DNA from: Octopus vulgaris
Taxonomy: Eukaryota
DNA length: 64,000 bases
Reading direction: 5' to 3'
NCBI GenBank assembly: GCA_951406725.2
Contig: OX597818.1
Coordinates: 84,196,001 to 84,260,000, forward strand
Shown: piece by piece, positions 26,078 through 38,525 of the stretch
How positions within the stretch are numbered: position 1 is the first letter of the stretch
Layout of the letters: the number at the start of each line of letters is the position of its first letter
Notes under the pieces: model-generated
Told to the model about the DNA's origin: nothing
The model's database searches: none
Seen by the model: only the letters and a program-made list of their open reading frames with translations
Made by a program: the position numbers and the translations under genes

Positions 26078-26927
26078 TATATAAATACATATATACAATC
26101 GACTTTAGAGAGCATATTCACGAGCTTGACTATTGAGCTTGACCATCGGGCGCAGCTCGGTGTTCAAAGAGCGCACCGATGCTCAGGAGACAGCAGCAGA
26201 GGCCAAGGAGGCAGCAACGGATGGCAAGCTCCCTTAGTGTGCAGGCGGGAAGGGGAATATGTGGACGAACGCGGCAATTACGACGTCATCGGGACGGTTG
26301 CGAGGTGGAGGTGGAGTCCAGGTGGCGGCGGCGACGGCAGAAGTGACAGCTAAAACAGCAAGACACCGACGAGGAGTTCGAACGGGTGAAAGAGCAAACG
26401 AACCTACTGCCTGTGAAGATATACTTCACAACTAATAATCATTTCTACTATAGGTATAAGGCCTGAAATTGTATTTTAGGTGAGGGAATCAGTCGATTAC
26501 ATCAACCGTAGTACTCATCTGGTATTTATGTCGATTTGCAGAAGGATCTGGAACTATGTGAATTTGAACACAGAATGTTATGCCGGGCGAAATGCATTGT
26601 TTTAGCCTTCCAGGCAAGCTAACATTCTGCCCTACCCAACTGATCGAAAATGGGGACTGGAGCAACATGAAATGAGGTGGGTTTTTTTTCAAGAACACAA
26701 CACGCCTAATCAGGGAATTGAACCCACGATCTAACGACGTTGAGTGCAGTAGCCAAACCACTAGGCCACGTGCGTTCACACCTAAGTACGTACGTTTTCG
26801 AAATAACGAAGGATTTAAGTTAAACAAAGTTTGTATCATATAATTGAGAGAATTTATAAAGTTCGATAATTAGTTACTGCTAGTCGCGCTCGTACATCCG
26901 CGTACAAGAAGCAAACCAATTCTATAA

Positions 26928-27260
26928 AGGCGAGGTGGCAGAAACGTTAGCAAACCGGGCGAAATGCAATGCTTAGCGGTATTTCGTCTGTATTTACATT
27001 CTGAGTTCAAATTCTGCCGAGCTCGACTTTGCCTTTCATCCTTTCATGGTCGATAACTTAAATACCAGTTGCGTACTGGTATCGATCTAATGGTATCGAT
27101 CTCGAATCATCTTTGCTGCTGCCCATAAGAGAAACAGAAACACCGATTTCAAGAGCAATAACTATGAAAACACAAAAAGCGCACAGCGAAAACAAGGAAC
27201 AAAATCAAGCAAAAAAAGGAGACAAAATTTCGGGCCTTGCGCATAGAGTAGAAAAGACTA
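26928..27260 (+). mobile_element. SINE family B interrupted by a 120-bp templated insertion
   Basis: Head ggcgaggtggcagaaacgttagc and core present; the tail aaaatttcgggccttg resumes at about 27224. Confidence 0.85.
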
Positions 27261-27271
27261 TAAATATATGC

Positions 27272-27309
<38 letters not shown>

Positions 27310-27314
<5 letters not shown>

Positions 27315-27945
27315 CATAGCTCAGTGGTTAGAGCGTTGAGATTATGACCGTGAGGTTGTAAGTTCAACTCCCAGACCAGGCAGCGTGTTGTGTTCTTGAG
27401 TAAGACACTTTATTTCAGATTACTCCAGTTCACTCAACTATAGAAATGAGTTGCGACGTTACTGGTACCAAGCTGTATCGGCCTTTTCCTTTCCCTTGAA
27501 TAACATCGGAGACGTGGAGAGGGGAGGTTGGTATGCATGGGTGTCTGCTGGTCTGAGGTGACTTTCCGCCCAGACTTGTACCCTGGAGGGGAACCACTTA
27601 TACATTGCCCGTGAAGGCACATGGCTTAGTGGTTAGAGCGTCGAGCTTACGATCGTGAGGTTGTGAGTTCGAATCCCGGACCGGGCTGCGTGTTGTGCTC
27701 TTGAGCAAGATAATTTATTTCATGTTGCTCCACTTTACTCGGCTGTAGAAATGAGTTGCGACGTCACAGGTGCCAACCTGTATCTGCTGTTGACCTTTCC
27801 CTTGGATAAAACTCGTGGCGTGGAGAGGGGAGGCCGGTATGCATGGGTGACTGCTGGTCTTCTCTAAACAACCGTGCCCGGACTTGTGCCTGGAAGTGCA
27901 ACTTTCTAGGTGCAAACCCACGGTCATGACCGAAGGGAGTCTCAA
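27310..27945 (+). mobile_element. Two head-to-tail tRNA-derived SINE family C copies (27310-27600, 27615-27945)
   Basis: A-box tggcttagtggttagagcg, B-box gagttcgaatccc, shared body tagaaatgagttgcgacgt...ggagaggggagg. Confidence 0.88.
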
Positions 27946-27949
27946 TATA

Positions 27950-28140
27950 TTTCCCACAGGGGACTAAACATAGAGGGGAAAAACATGAACAAAGCAATTA
28001 AGTCGATTACATCGACCCCAGTGCATAACTGGTACTTATTTAATCGACCCTGAAAGGAGGAAATGCAAAGTCGACCTCGGCGGAATTTGAACTCAGAACG
28101 TAGCGGCAGACGAAATACTGCTAAGCAATTGGCCCAGTGT
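27950..28140 (-). mobile_element. SINE family B
   Basis: gtcgacctcggcggaatttgaactcagaacgtagcggcagacgaaatac. Confidence 0.85.
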
Positions 28141-28207
28141 CTAATTTAGGTACACGGCCTGCAATTTTGAGGAGGTGACGTTAGTCTATATCACAGCCCC
28201 CATTACT

Positions 28208-28815
28208 AACCGTATTTCCAGCATACAAATCGACGTAGTATAATGGTGTAAATATGTAGTGTAAACTTGCAAACATCGTTTCTGCCTTTCTAAATCATGT
28301 TGTATTTCAAATGAAGGTTTTGCTCCTCCAAATTCGTCTTGGTATACAAGTCAATCTACTGAAAAAAAAAAGCTTGAAAAAAGGTCGACAAGCTTTTGGC
28401 CTGAAAAATTCGAAATGTTTGTAAGAAAGTATGGTAATTAGCAGTCAGTTTTATCGAGTTCGAATGGATGAGATGCGAAGGTGACCCGGGCGAGACTGAT
28501 CCTCCAAATTCGTCTTGTTCTATAAGTCGGCCTACTTTATTTTCTCTGTACCTTCTGGTCTGAAAAGTTCGACGTGTATGCTTAAAATTATAGTAATTGA
28601 CAATTTATTTTATCGACCTTGAAGGGATGAAATGTGAAGGAGACCCGGGCGAGATTGGTCTCCGAAACTCGTTTTGTTGTATAAGTCGACCTACTTTATT
28701 TTGGTTGTAATTTTCGGTCTGAAAAATTTGACGTGTATGCTGGAAAGTAAAGTAATTGGCAATTTATTTTATTGGGCTCGAATGGATGAAATACGAAGAT
28801 GACGTGGGTGAGACT
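28208..28815. repeat. Tc1/Tigger-like MITE followed by three tandem MITE-end/SINE-core units of about 160-175 bp
   Basis: Left TIR ccgtatttccagcatacaaatcgac. Right-TIR-like tcgacgtgtatgc..aaa.ta..gta plus ttatcga...ggatga recurs at about 28410, 28568 and 28727. Confidence 0.65.
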
Positions 28816-29794
28816 TCAACGTTTTATTAAATATGATATAAGTAACGGCAAACAAAACAGCAGGGAGAAAAATTTCATCTTACAGCTTTTTGGACATACT
28901 TTCAATCTCTGCTTGACACCAATTCGGTCTTATTTTGTGTTCACTTTCTATAAATATCACGTGATCTTTTATGCCGAGTAGGAAACAGAAAGAAAGAAAT
29001 TAAAGAAAGAAAGAAAGAAGGAAGGAAGGGAAGAATAAAGGAAGAAAGAAAGAAAGAAAGAAAAAAGAAGGCAATATTTGATAGGGTACTTCATAAACCG
29101 TAATACCAACAAGAAAAATATAAACAGAATAATAAAACCAAAAACGAAAAAACAAACGATTTTTTCCAATGAACAAGGAGGAATTGGAACATTAGAGATT
29201 ATGGCGGACAGAAGGAAAGTTTTGGGCAAGGCTAGACAATAACTAAAAGAGAAACAACAAAAACAACAATAAATTAAACACAAACCGAAATACAAAAACA
29301 GGAAACTTTGCCAATTCTGTCAACAATGATAGTCTTTGAGGTAAATACTATTGGTACTTCTAACAAATGGTACAATTGATTACTTTGTTTAATCTGATTA
29401 GCAAAACAATCGCTTTCTCGTTACAACGACGACGACGACGACGACGGAGAGAGAGCAGCAAGAGTAGTGGTATGTGTTGTTGTTGTTGTTGTTGTTGTAT
29501 TTTGTTGTTGTTCTATTTTGTTGTTGCGATTACAGCTATTGATCTTGCGCTTTTCCTTTTTGGTTGTGCTTCGTTTTGTATTTGTGTTGTTTTCTTCTTA
29601 TTGTTATTGCTATTATTACCGTTGTTGTTGCTGTTGTTGTTATTGTTGTTGTTGTTAGATTTGTTGTTTCCTTTTTTTTGCTTGATTTTGTTCCTTGTTT
29701 TCGCTGTGCGCTTTTTTTTTTTGTTTTCATAGTTATTGCTCTTGAAATCGGTGTTTCTGTTTCTCTTTTGGGCAGCGGCAAAGATGATACGAAA

Positions 29795-29871
29795 GCGATG
29801 ATGAGGAGGACGATGGTGGTGGTGGTGGTGATGATGACGACGACGATGATGATGATGATGACGACGACGAC

Positions 29872-29918
<47 letters not shown>

Positions 29919-30096
29919 CGACGACGATGGCGACGACGACGATGATGATGATGATGATGATGATGATGACGATGACGACGACGACGATGATGATGATGAT
30001 GACGATGATGATGATGACGACGACGACGATGATGATGATGATGACGATGACGATGACGACGACGGTGATGATGATGATGATGATGATGATGACGAC

Positions 30097-30150
<54 letters not shown>

Positions 30151-30200
30151 AGTGATGATGATGGCGATGATGAAGCCGACGACGACGTCAACGATGACGA
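29795..30200. repeat. Compound (GAT/GAC)n microsatellite
   Basis: About 400 bp of GAT/GAC triplets. Confidence 0.95.
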
Positions 30201-30505
30201 TGAGGTGGGTCGTGGTGGACGATGAGGTGGGCAGTAGTGGCGGTCATCGTGGCGGTAGTGGTGGGCGGTAATGGTTTTGGTGTTAGTGAGGAAGGTGTTT
30301 TTTCTCTCCCTTTGTATCTTTTGTACATTTTAGTAATCCCCTTGAATCCCAGCTCTTATATTCTTGTCTAGTCATATCTTTTATGTTTCTACAGTAATTT
30401 ACATCTCCCGTTCTCCCCCTCTTTCTCTTTCTAAATATACATATATATGTATATACATATACAAATATTTGCATTTATGTATTCATATATATACATACAC
30501 ATATA

Positions 30506-30552
<47 letters not shown>

Positions 30553-30724
30553 GTGTGTGTGTGTACATACATTTATGTTTATCTCATATCTATAGCTGCA
30601 TACGTATATGAGTATGTGTATGTATTTATATATACATATATGTATATATATATACATATATACACACACATATATATAATACATAATATATATGTCTATA
30701 TATTTATACATGTATATATTTATA

Positions 30725-30761
<37 letters not shown>

Positions 30762-30906
30762 CATTTATGCTATTGCCAATATTTTGTCAATTTTAGCACC
30801 ACCACCACCAGCAGCACCTCCAGCTCACCATAGAGAAAGTTTTTAGTTTTAGATATTTTAGATGTTCAGTTTTCCTTTTTCATTACAACCACACTATTCA
30901 ATCCCG

Positions 30907-30981
<75 letters not shown>

Positions 30982-31385
30982 TCATTGAGAAAACAGCAGC
31001 TCTTCTTGCTCTCGTTTTTCTTTGTTATCTCTCTTTTCTTTTCTTTTTTTTTTTTGTTTTTGTAAATGGCAACTGGCGCAGCTTCAGAATATGGAATCGT
31101 TTCAACGTTTTTGTTTTGCAGAGAACGAAATAAATTCACTGGAACCATAAACAGAATAAAAACCACTTCAGACGTCTAGAATGAGTAACTTCAGCAAAGA
31201 CAACAAAAATTATAGCTCTTCTGTAATGATGACGTAACTGGATGCTTGCTTTATTCCATTCTCCTTTGGCAGAATATCTGTTTCAAAATTTATCTATCTT
31301 TATCTCCTTCTAAAGACTTTTTCAAGTCACCTAAGACTTCAAAGTAATTTCCTTGTTTTGTTTCAGTGGTTAGCTGTGTTGTGTG

Positions 31386-31416
<31 letters not shown>

Positions 31417-32299
31417 GCATGTGTGTGTGTGCGTATGTGTGTGTTTGTGTGTATGTGTGCGCGCGCATATGTGTGTGTATGTGTGTCTTTGCATTTTTAC
31501 TGTTCATCCTGTTGGCAAACATTTGTTGCAGTAAAGCTATTTTGGCCGGACGTCTGAAGTAAAACCACAGAAAAAAAAAATCTTAGAAAAATGATCGTCA
31601 TCCACTCACATAATTATGATTCCTGACATAGTTACAAGACACAAATATCGAGGAAAAGAATATAGTTATTAGATCAACCCAGTACTATTCTTTTATTAAC
31701 CCCGTAACAATGAAATGTACAGAGGGATTTAGCGAAATTCGAACTCGGAACGTTATAGGACGTTACTAAATGCTGTAATACAGTTTACCCGGTACTCTAC
31801 CGAGTCAACCATCGGCTGCTTTTGTGTCTTGTATATAACAGTGGTTTTGTATTTGTATACAAGACCGCTGATTTGAAATGCTAGGTCTTTGATGATTACA
31901 TAGACCCTAATACTGCATTACAATTTTTTTTACCTAACCATTAAGGATAAAATGCGAAGTCGACTTGCTGATATTTAAACTAAGAATGTCACTGAATACT
32001 TCGACAATGAACTTTATGAGACTGTATCAGGTTGAGCCAACTATTACAATTGATGTATGTTTTTTTAAATGTTTCAGTCATTGTACTGCAGCCATTTTGA
32101 CGTACCGTCTTGAAGGGCTTTGTCGAACAAGTGATCACCAGAACTTATTTTTTTTAATTCTAGTAATAATTCTATCTTCCATTTTGCCTAACTGCTATGT
32201 TACAGGATGAAAAGAGACTTACACTGGTTGTTGTGCAATTTGAGATTAATACAGGCACAAATACACAAATGTGCGTGCGCATAAACATATATGCATTTA

Positions 32300-32650
32300 A
32301 GAAGTTTTTGTCGGACGGCAAACCGCAGCTCCTAGCGTTTAAACAAGACAGATTCTTTGGGTATGAGGTATTAGTATAGTCTTACACGACAGAGGAGCTT
32401 CTATTGCATAATCTGAATGTATTCTACTTGTGTAGCGCTATTGCGAATCAGCAAACAGATTTTACTCGGTCTGTATGTAGTTCATGCTCAAGATTCCGAT
32501 TTCGTTTCGAAAGTGCCTTGAGTTGAATGGTATTGATCAGCTGCAAATACAGCGAAATACCTATCTACCACTCCCGTAGAAATTCTGGGAAAGTTTCGTT
32601 TTGCCTACATGTGTGCGCGAAGGAGGGCTTTGCAGTTATGAACCTGGCCT
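32300..32650 (+). pseudogene. Possible L1/Tx1 LINE fragment
   Basis: LSDGKPQL and GKVSF...C.KEG.AVMNL resemble L1 post-RT motifs. Confidence 0.35.
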
Positions 32651-32899
32651 TGAAGCAAGCCTAAGGCAAGGGTTGCGACTATGTTAAGTGAAAATTTCTT
32701 GTCAACCAATGTTCCAAGTTGAGTAGGTGGAAAATAAACTAAAACTCATCAGATTTGTATCCGCCCTAAGTTCAAATCACGCCGACTTTCATTTTGTAGT
32801 TAAATTTGGGTCATCGTCGGCGGTAGCGTTAATTTGTATCCGTGTAGTAGATCTATAGTCTGTGATTGAGCGTCTTCGTCTTGATAGGTGCAAAGGGTA

Positions 32900-33210
32900 C
32901 CGGTGCTTGAAGTGACTGTTCAGACCAAGGCCGGTATAGAAGAGCCGGGGTAATTTATTGTAGGGGAAAGTTAATGGGAAACGAGGAAGAGCGAATTGCA
33001 TTTTGCATCTTCGATGTTTGATTGTTCCCTCGACAATGACATGCCACCAGTTTTGGCGGTCCTTGGTGATAGATTCCCAGATTTTGCGTCAGTGGAGCTG
33101 CGGAGGAGAGTAGCCATTATATCAAATAGACTATCGGGTGTGTGTTCTATATTTACTACAGTACCTTCTGCATCATTCATTAAGTTTCTTATTCAATTTT
33201 TTCACTGCAA
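32900..33210 (-). pseudogene. PIF1-like helicase relic (Helitron-type)
   Basis: KN..RNLMNDAEGTVVNI resembles ML.KN...LVNGA.G.V, and frameshifted RFPLTFP-TINYPGSSI resembles QFPL.LA.A.TI.K.QG.T. Confidence 0.45.
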
Positions 33211-33221
33211 GAAATCAATTT

Positions 33222-33281
<60 letters not shown>

Positions 33282-34140
33282 CAGAATCAGCAGCAGTGGC
33301 TGTGGTGTTGCTAATGGTGGTGGTGCTAATGGTGGTGGTTATTGCTTCACTTCGAACCTTGGAGTGGCGGTTGCTGTTGTTGTTTAACCCCTGATCTTAT
33401 TCGAAAGACGATTTTATGATGCAGCCATCGTCTTGACCTGCCTGCGTAGTTAATCGCCACATACTCCTCAAACCATTCTCTCCTACCTTAAAAATTAATA
33501 AGGAAAAAATATTGAAGAATCTAATTAAAAAAAAATGACAGAAATGAAGACAAAAAGGTCAAACTGAGAGCGACGGTTAAACGATAAAATCAATAAAGGT
33601 TTCTTCTCCAGGTCCAGGGGTCGTTATTTGTAAGAGACAAATATAATTGGTTGAATTAACTAAAATGTATTTCTGAAACGTAGTCTATCGATCAGTCAAG
33701 ATTTGAACCACGCATCATCCCATTCCACTTGCACACGTAAAAACATAAGTCCTTTTGTCTAGGAGGAAAAATAATCAATTTCTAACTTGGCAACGTTTCA
33801 TTTCGGCCGTCTGCATTCTAAATTTAAATCCCACTGGGTAAAACATTGCCTTGGACCTATTATAAGTTGACCAGCGCAGATTAGAGTCGATGTCAGCTAT
33901 GGTGTTTATCTAGAGGTCAGTCTCAGTCACCATTTCAAAAAACAAACACAAAAATAAAGCATAAATACACAATCCTAAATTATAAGGGGTAGGTATAAGT
34001 ATGTACGCATATATGCATGTACATGTATATGTATGTGATAGTAAATTATGTATTAGACAGGTATAGGGATGGCTGTGTAGTAAAGGAGCTCACTTTGTAA
34101 CCAGGTAGGTTTCCTGTTTGGTCCCACTGCGTAACACAGT

Positions 34141-34340
34141 ATTCTTTTATTTGTTTCAGTCATTTGACTGTGACCATGCTGGAGCACTGCCTTTAGTCGA
34201 GCAAATCGACCCCAGGAATTATTCTTTGTAAGCCTAGTACTTATTCTAACGGAATTTTTGTCGAACCGCTAAGTTACGGGTCGTAAACACACCAGCATCA
34301 GTTGTCAAGCGATATTGGGGGTACAAACATAGACACACAA

Positions 34341-34394
<54 letters not shown>

Positions 34395-34538
34395 GACGGG
34401 CTTCCTTCAGTTTCGTCTACCAAATCCACTCACAAGGCTTTGGTCGGCCCGAGGCTATAGTAGAAGACACTTGCCCAAGGTGCCACGAAGTGGGACTGAA
34501 CCCGGAACCATGTGGCTGGTAAGCAAGCTACTTACCAC
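34141..34538 (-). mobile_element. SINE family A
   Basis: Body and tail match 57648-58057; internal CA/TA microsatellite. Confidence 0.9.
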
Positions 34539-34782
34539 GAGTGTTTCTATTATAGCCCACTTGCCAAGCAAATCCGCTTGAATGAATTCGGTAGACGAAA
34601 ACTGTATAGAAGCCAGTCATATATACATACGAACATACATAACAGGTGTATTGGTATATATGTCTGTAAAAGTGTTTTTGTTTGTGTTAGTCACCTTACC
34701 AGCTGTTGACAATTAGTGTTGCTCTGTTTTGTAGGTCAGCGAGAAGAGACCGATAGAATAAGTAAAAATAAAATCATGTAAA

Positions 34783-35111
34783 GAACCCCTTCTGTCACAA
34801 ATGACCATGGGATTACACCTAGAAAGTTACCCCTAGAGGCACAATACAGGAAAAGTTGTTTATGGAAGACCAGTAGTCGCCCATGCATACCAGCCTCTCC
34901 TCTCCACGCTGCCAATGTTATCCAAGGGAAAGACAAAGGCCAAGGCAGATTGGCACCAATGACGTTGGCACTCATTTCTGCAACTGAGTGAACTGGAGCA
35001 ACGTAAAATAAAGTGTCTTGCTCAAGATCACAATGCACAGCCCGGTACTGGAATCGAACTCCCTACCTCATGATCGTGAGCCCGACGCTCTAACCACTGA
35101 GCCATGTACCT
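34783..35111 (-). mobile_element. SINE family C
   Basis: Reverse complement: catggctcagtggttagagcgtcgggctcacgatcatgaggtagggagttcgattcc. Confidence 0.85.
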
Positions 35112-35429
35112 TTGCTAGAATAAGTATCAGACTTGACGATTAGCTCGACTAAACCTCTCAAAGCTCCAACGTTTTTGCCTATTGGCCATTACTTTGAATA
35201 TTTCTTATAAAACTTCCATAAATATTTCCAGCAGTGCTAACATGTAAATTGTTAATATACACAATGAAGATGATAACAGAACTGTCTGTTTTGATAGATT
35301 AAGGAGAATTTACGTGGAAATAGTAAACCTGTTTGTTATTTGTGCTACTGGATGAAGAGGTACTTTTACGAAAGTGTTGGCTGGGATTAAGTGATTAGTG
35401 AGGTATTGTACAGAAGAATTGCATTCAGG

Positions 35430-35850
35430 GTGAATTTCTTCACATGTTTGCATGCAGCAAATATTTCGGGTCGCTTTTTCGTGATATTGATGAGTTATAG
35501 CAAAGGATTATATTCTTCTGTGAGGCATAGTTTTCATCGAAGTTGCAGTTTCGACGTTATTTTTACCGATAAAAATATTAGCTCTGCTCTCTTTCGGCTT
35601 CCAGACATTTTTCGGAAAGTAATAATGTTGATTTTGTCAATATCTTGAAGAAGTATATATCGGTTTTTGAATGTACTTTCCGTTAATCTTAACCGGCTTA
35701 TTTCGATATCACCTGTAGTTGTCTTCTCTCTAAACAGAAGCGCATGTCTGAGACATATCATCTGGAAGGATGAGTCCGTTCCTATGACACTCGATTTGAA
35801 TGGATATTTCGAATGCAAGATTGTGGGTGAACATGACATTGTTGCTATTG
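35430..35850 (-). pseudogene. Penelope-like GIY-YIG endonuclease C-terminal relic
   Basis: LTESTFKNRY, R*KLCLTEE and KRPEIFAACKH match the PLE patterns G.TE..FK.RY, C.LC..EK and N.R.E....C.H. Confidence 0.72.
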
Positions 35851-36799
35851 TTTTTATAAAGAAATATATTTTCTATTTGATCTTTCATCTCTTCATTATG
35901 ACTTGTTAAAATGATGGAGATTGTATAGAAAGAATAACACACACACACGCGCGCGCGCGTATTTATATAGGTTTGGTAGAACGAGATGATTAAAACTTCA
36001 AGACATTGAGTCACTTTGTAACTTTTGTTGATTAAATCAATAAACGTAATATATACACATAGATGTGTGTGTGTGTGTGTTTGTGTCTGTATGTATGCAT
36101 GCATGTATGTATTTATTTATGTATTTAAGTATGTGTGTAATTTACATATGTATGTATCTATGTATGCATGTATGAATGTGTGTATGTATATATGTATATA
36201 TGTATATATGTATATATATATGTATTATGTATGCACGCGCGTATGTATAGCGGTTAATGTCACCGTTTTCGTTCTTTAGGCACAACGTATGTATACCGTA
36301 TCATAATATCATAGAGATGGATATCAGTGAAAGTGAAGGCTCAAGAGTATCAATCGTTAAAGAGTGAACAAAATACCTTGCGGTGTGCTCTGTTTCCCTT
36401 TAGATTTCAAATCCCTCCGATGTCAACATTACTTTTCGTCTTTCGGTGTTCGATATAATGATTACTAGTCTACTCTAGAAGTTAATTAGATCTACGAATC
36501 CCTTCGCCGAAATATGTGTCATGTCGACGTGAGATAAATCATTGAAGTTGTATATATACTCGCGTGAACGGATACTCCATTTTTCCATTCCAATATTCCG
36601 CACAAATGATGATGATGATGCTGATGATGATGATGATGATGCTGGTGGTGGTGGTGGTGGTGGTGGTGGTGGTGGTGGTGGTGGTGGTGTTGAGGATAAG
36701 GATGATGATGATGATGATTTCTCGTAATTCGAGGGAGTTGGATGTACAATTTCTTTCTGAATAACCTGCACATAGGATTTGTTTTTTTACGATCAAATG

Positions 36800-37002
36800 A
36801 ATATGCTGTATCGAACCTCCATCAAACCAACGTTGCGCGAACAGGTGCACGGTGTACCACAAGTAAAGTGTCGAAGTGATCGCAAAGCAACGTGAGAGGA
36901 TGTATGTGTTTTCCTCAACAACACAACGCACCACCCGTTTCAGGAATTGAAACTACGATCTCCAGATCGGGAGTACAATAACCTGACTAATAGACCATGC
37001 GT
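36800..37002 (-). mobile_element. Decayed SINE (related to 16775-16965)
   Basis: tcgaagtgatcgcaaagcaacgtgag...caacacaacgc...ggaattgaaac. Confidence 0.6.
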
Positions 37003-38037
37003 CTTTCCCTCACAAACATGCTCGATATAACTTACATGCCGTGTATTCTGGTGGCCGGGGACTGTGCGATAGATAGTCATTTTTAGATAAATCTAGGCGG
37101 GATTAAAAGTTTGAATTCTAACTCTAAGGACTAAAAAAAATGCACAGAATATATAGATTCAATCATATTTTCTCACACATTACAAACATTTTCAAAATTT
37201 CTAGTAATAGGTAATCATATATAGCACCGTTTCATTCTTATATGAAATTGTCAGCATGACATAACCGGATGTAAACAAATTAAACATTGAACATTTTACG
37301 AAGCGAGATATTCCTTTTAAATGTAAAATATTTACAGTTTAGAAGACATTCATAGAATGTTTTCTTTTTTCTCTCCTCTCTTCCTCCATTTTCTTCGTAG
37401 AGTGATGTTTCTTATTTTCAGACGAACTTTTCAAGGAGGAAGAGAAATAAAAAACACGAATTACTTTTTATTTATTTATTTATTTGACTGAACATGAAAA
37501 AGCACATTGCAAGTAACTGGATTTTTGTCTCAACCAATGAACGAACAAAACTAAAACTTCGTTTTTGTTGTTGTTTGCTGTGATTGATCGATCGTTCTTC
37601 GTAATCCTCTCTGAAAGCAAATTACATATTGGACTGTTTTAAAGGCTATCTTGTAGTAAGTAGACTTTTCACCTACAATGTTGACTAATAGTAAACAAAT
37701 TTCTTCTTTAGTAATGTTGAAATAACTACGAATGAATATTTAATCAAGAAGAAATCTGCTTAAAAGCTGAAGTACACTTTAAGAAATAAATGAAATAATC
37801 GTCTGAACAGGAGAACGTTTTAAAACTATATTGCAGGGAAAAATACTAACAAGCATTTCATTAATTTAAGTGAAGTTTCTGTTAAATATCATTTGAGAAG
37901 GGAATAACTGTGTGTACTATAAATAGAAGACAATATTGCTGTTTCAGGCTAGGTCCTTTCACGAAAAGAAAGAAAAAAGAAGTGAAAAGAGAAGAATTGT
38001 AAATGTTAAATTTATATTATTATTTTAAAGCTATTTA

Positions 38038-38525
38038 AGGTGGCGAAATGGCAGAATCTTTAGCATGCCGGGCGAAATGCTTAGCGGTATTTCGTCTGCC
38101 GCTACGTTCTGAGTTCAAATTCCACCAAGGTCGACTTTGCCTTTCATCCTTTCGGGGTCGATTAAATAAGTACCAGTTTCGCACTGGGGTCGATATAATC
38201 GACTTAATCCGTTTGTCTGTCATTGTTTGTTCCCTCTGTGCTTAGCCCCTTGTGGGTAGTAAAGAAATAGGTATCTCGTCTGCCGCTACGTTCTGAGTTC
38301 AAATTCCGCCGAGGTTGACTTTGCCTGTCATCTTTTCGGAGTCGAGAAATTAAGTACCTGTTACGCACTGGGGTCGATCTAATCAACTTAATCCCTTTGT
38401 CTGTCCGTATTTTTCCCCTCTATGTTTAGCCCCTTGTGGGCAATAAAGAAATAAGAATCGTTAGCACGTCCTTCCTTACGTTATGATTTCAAACTTTCGG
38501 GGTCGATAAATTAAGTGCCATTGAA
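38038..38525 (+). mobile_element. SINE family B with a tandem internal duplication of about 185 bp
   Basis: tcgtctgccgctacgttctgagttcaaattcc...gccccttgtggg occurs twice. Confidence 0.88.

Noticed and set aside
27615-27690. tRNA-like sequence (also at 27310, 35040-35110 and 61115-61188)
   Set aside because: A and B boxes are present but there is no paired acceptor stem, and each continues into a shared SINE body.
28320-28815. CRISPR-like periodicity
   Set aside because: Whole units repeat with no unique spacers; eukaryotic context; no cas genes.
29564-30271. 235-aa poly-Met/Thr ORF and antisense poly-Ser ORF
   Set aside because: Artefacts of the GAT/GAC microsatellite.
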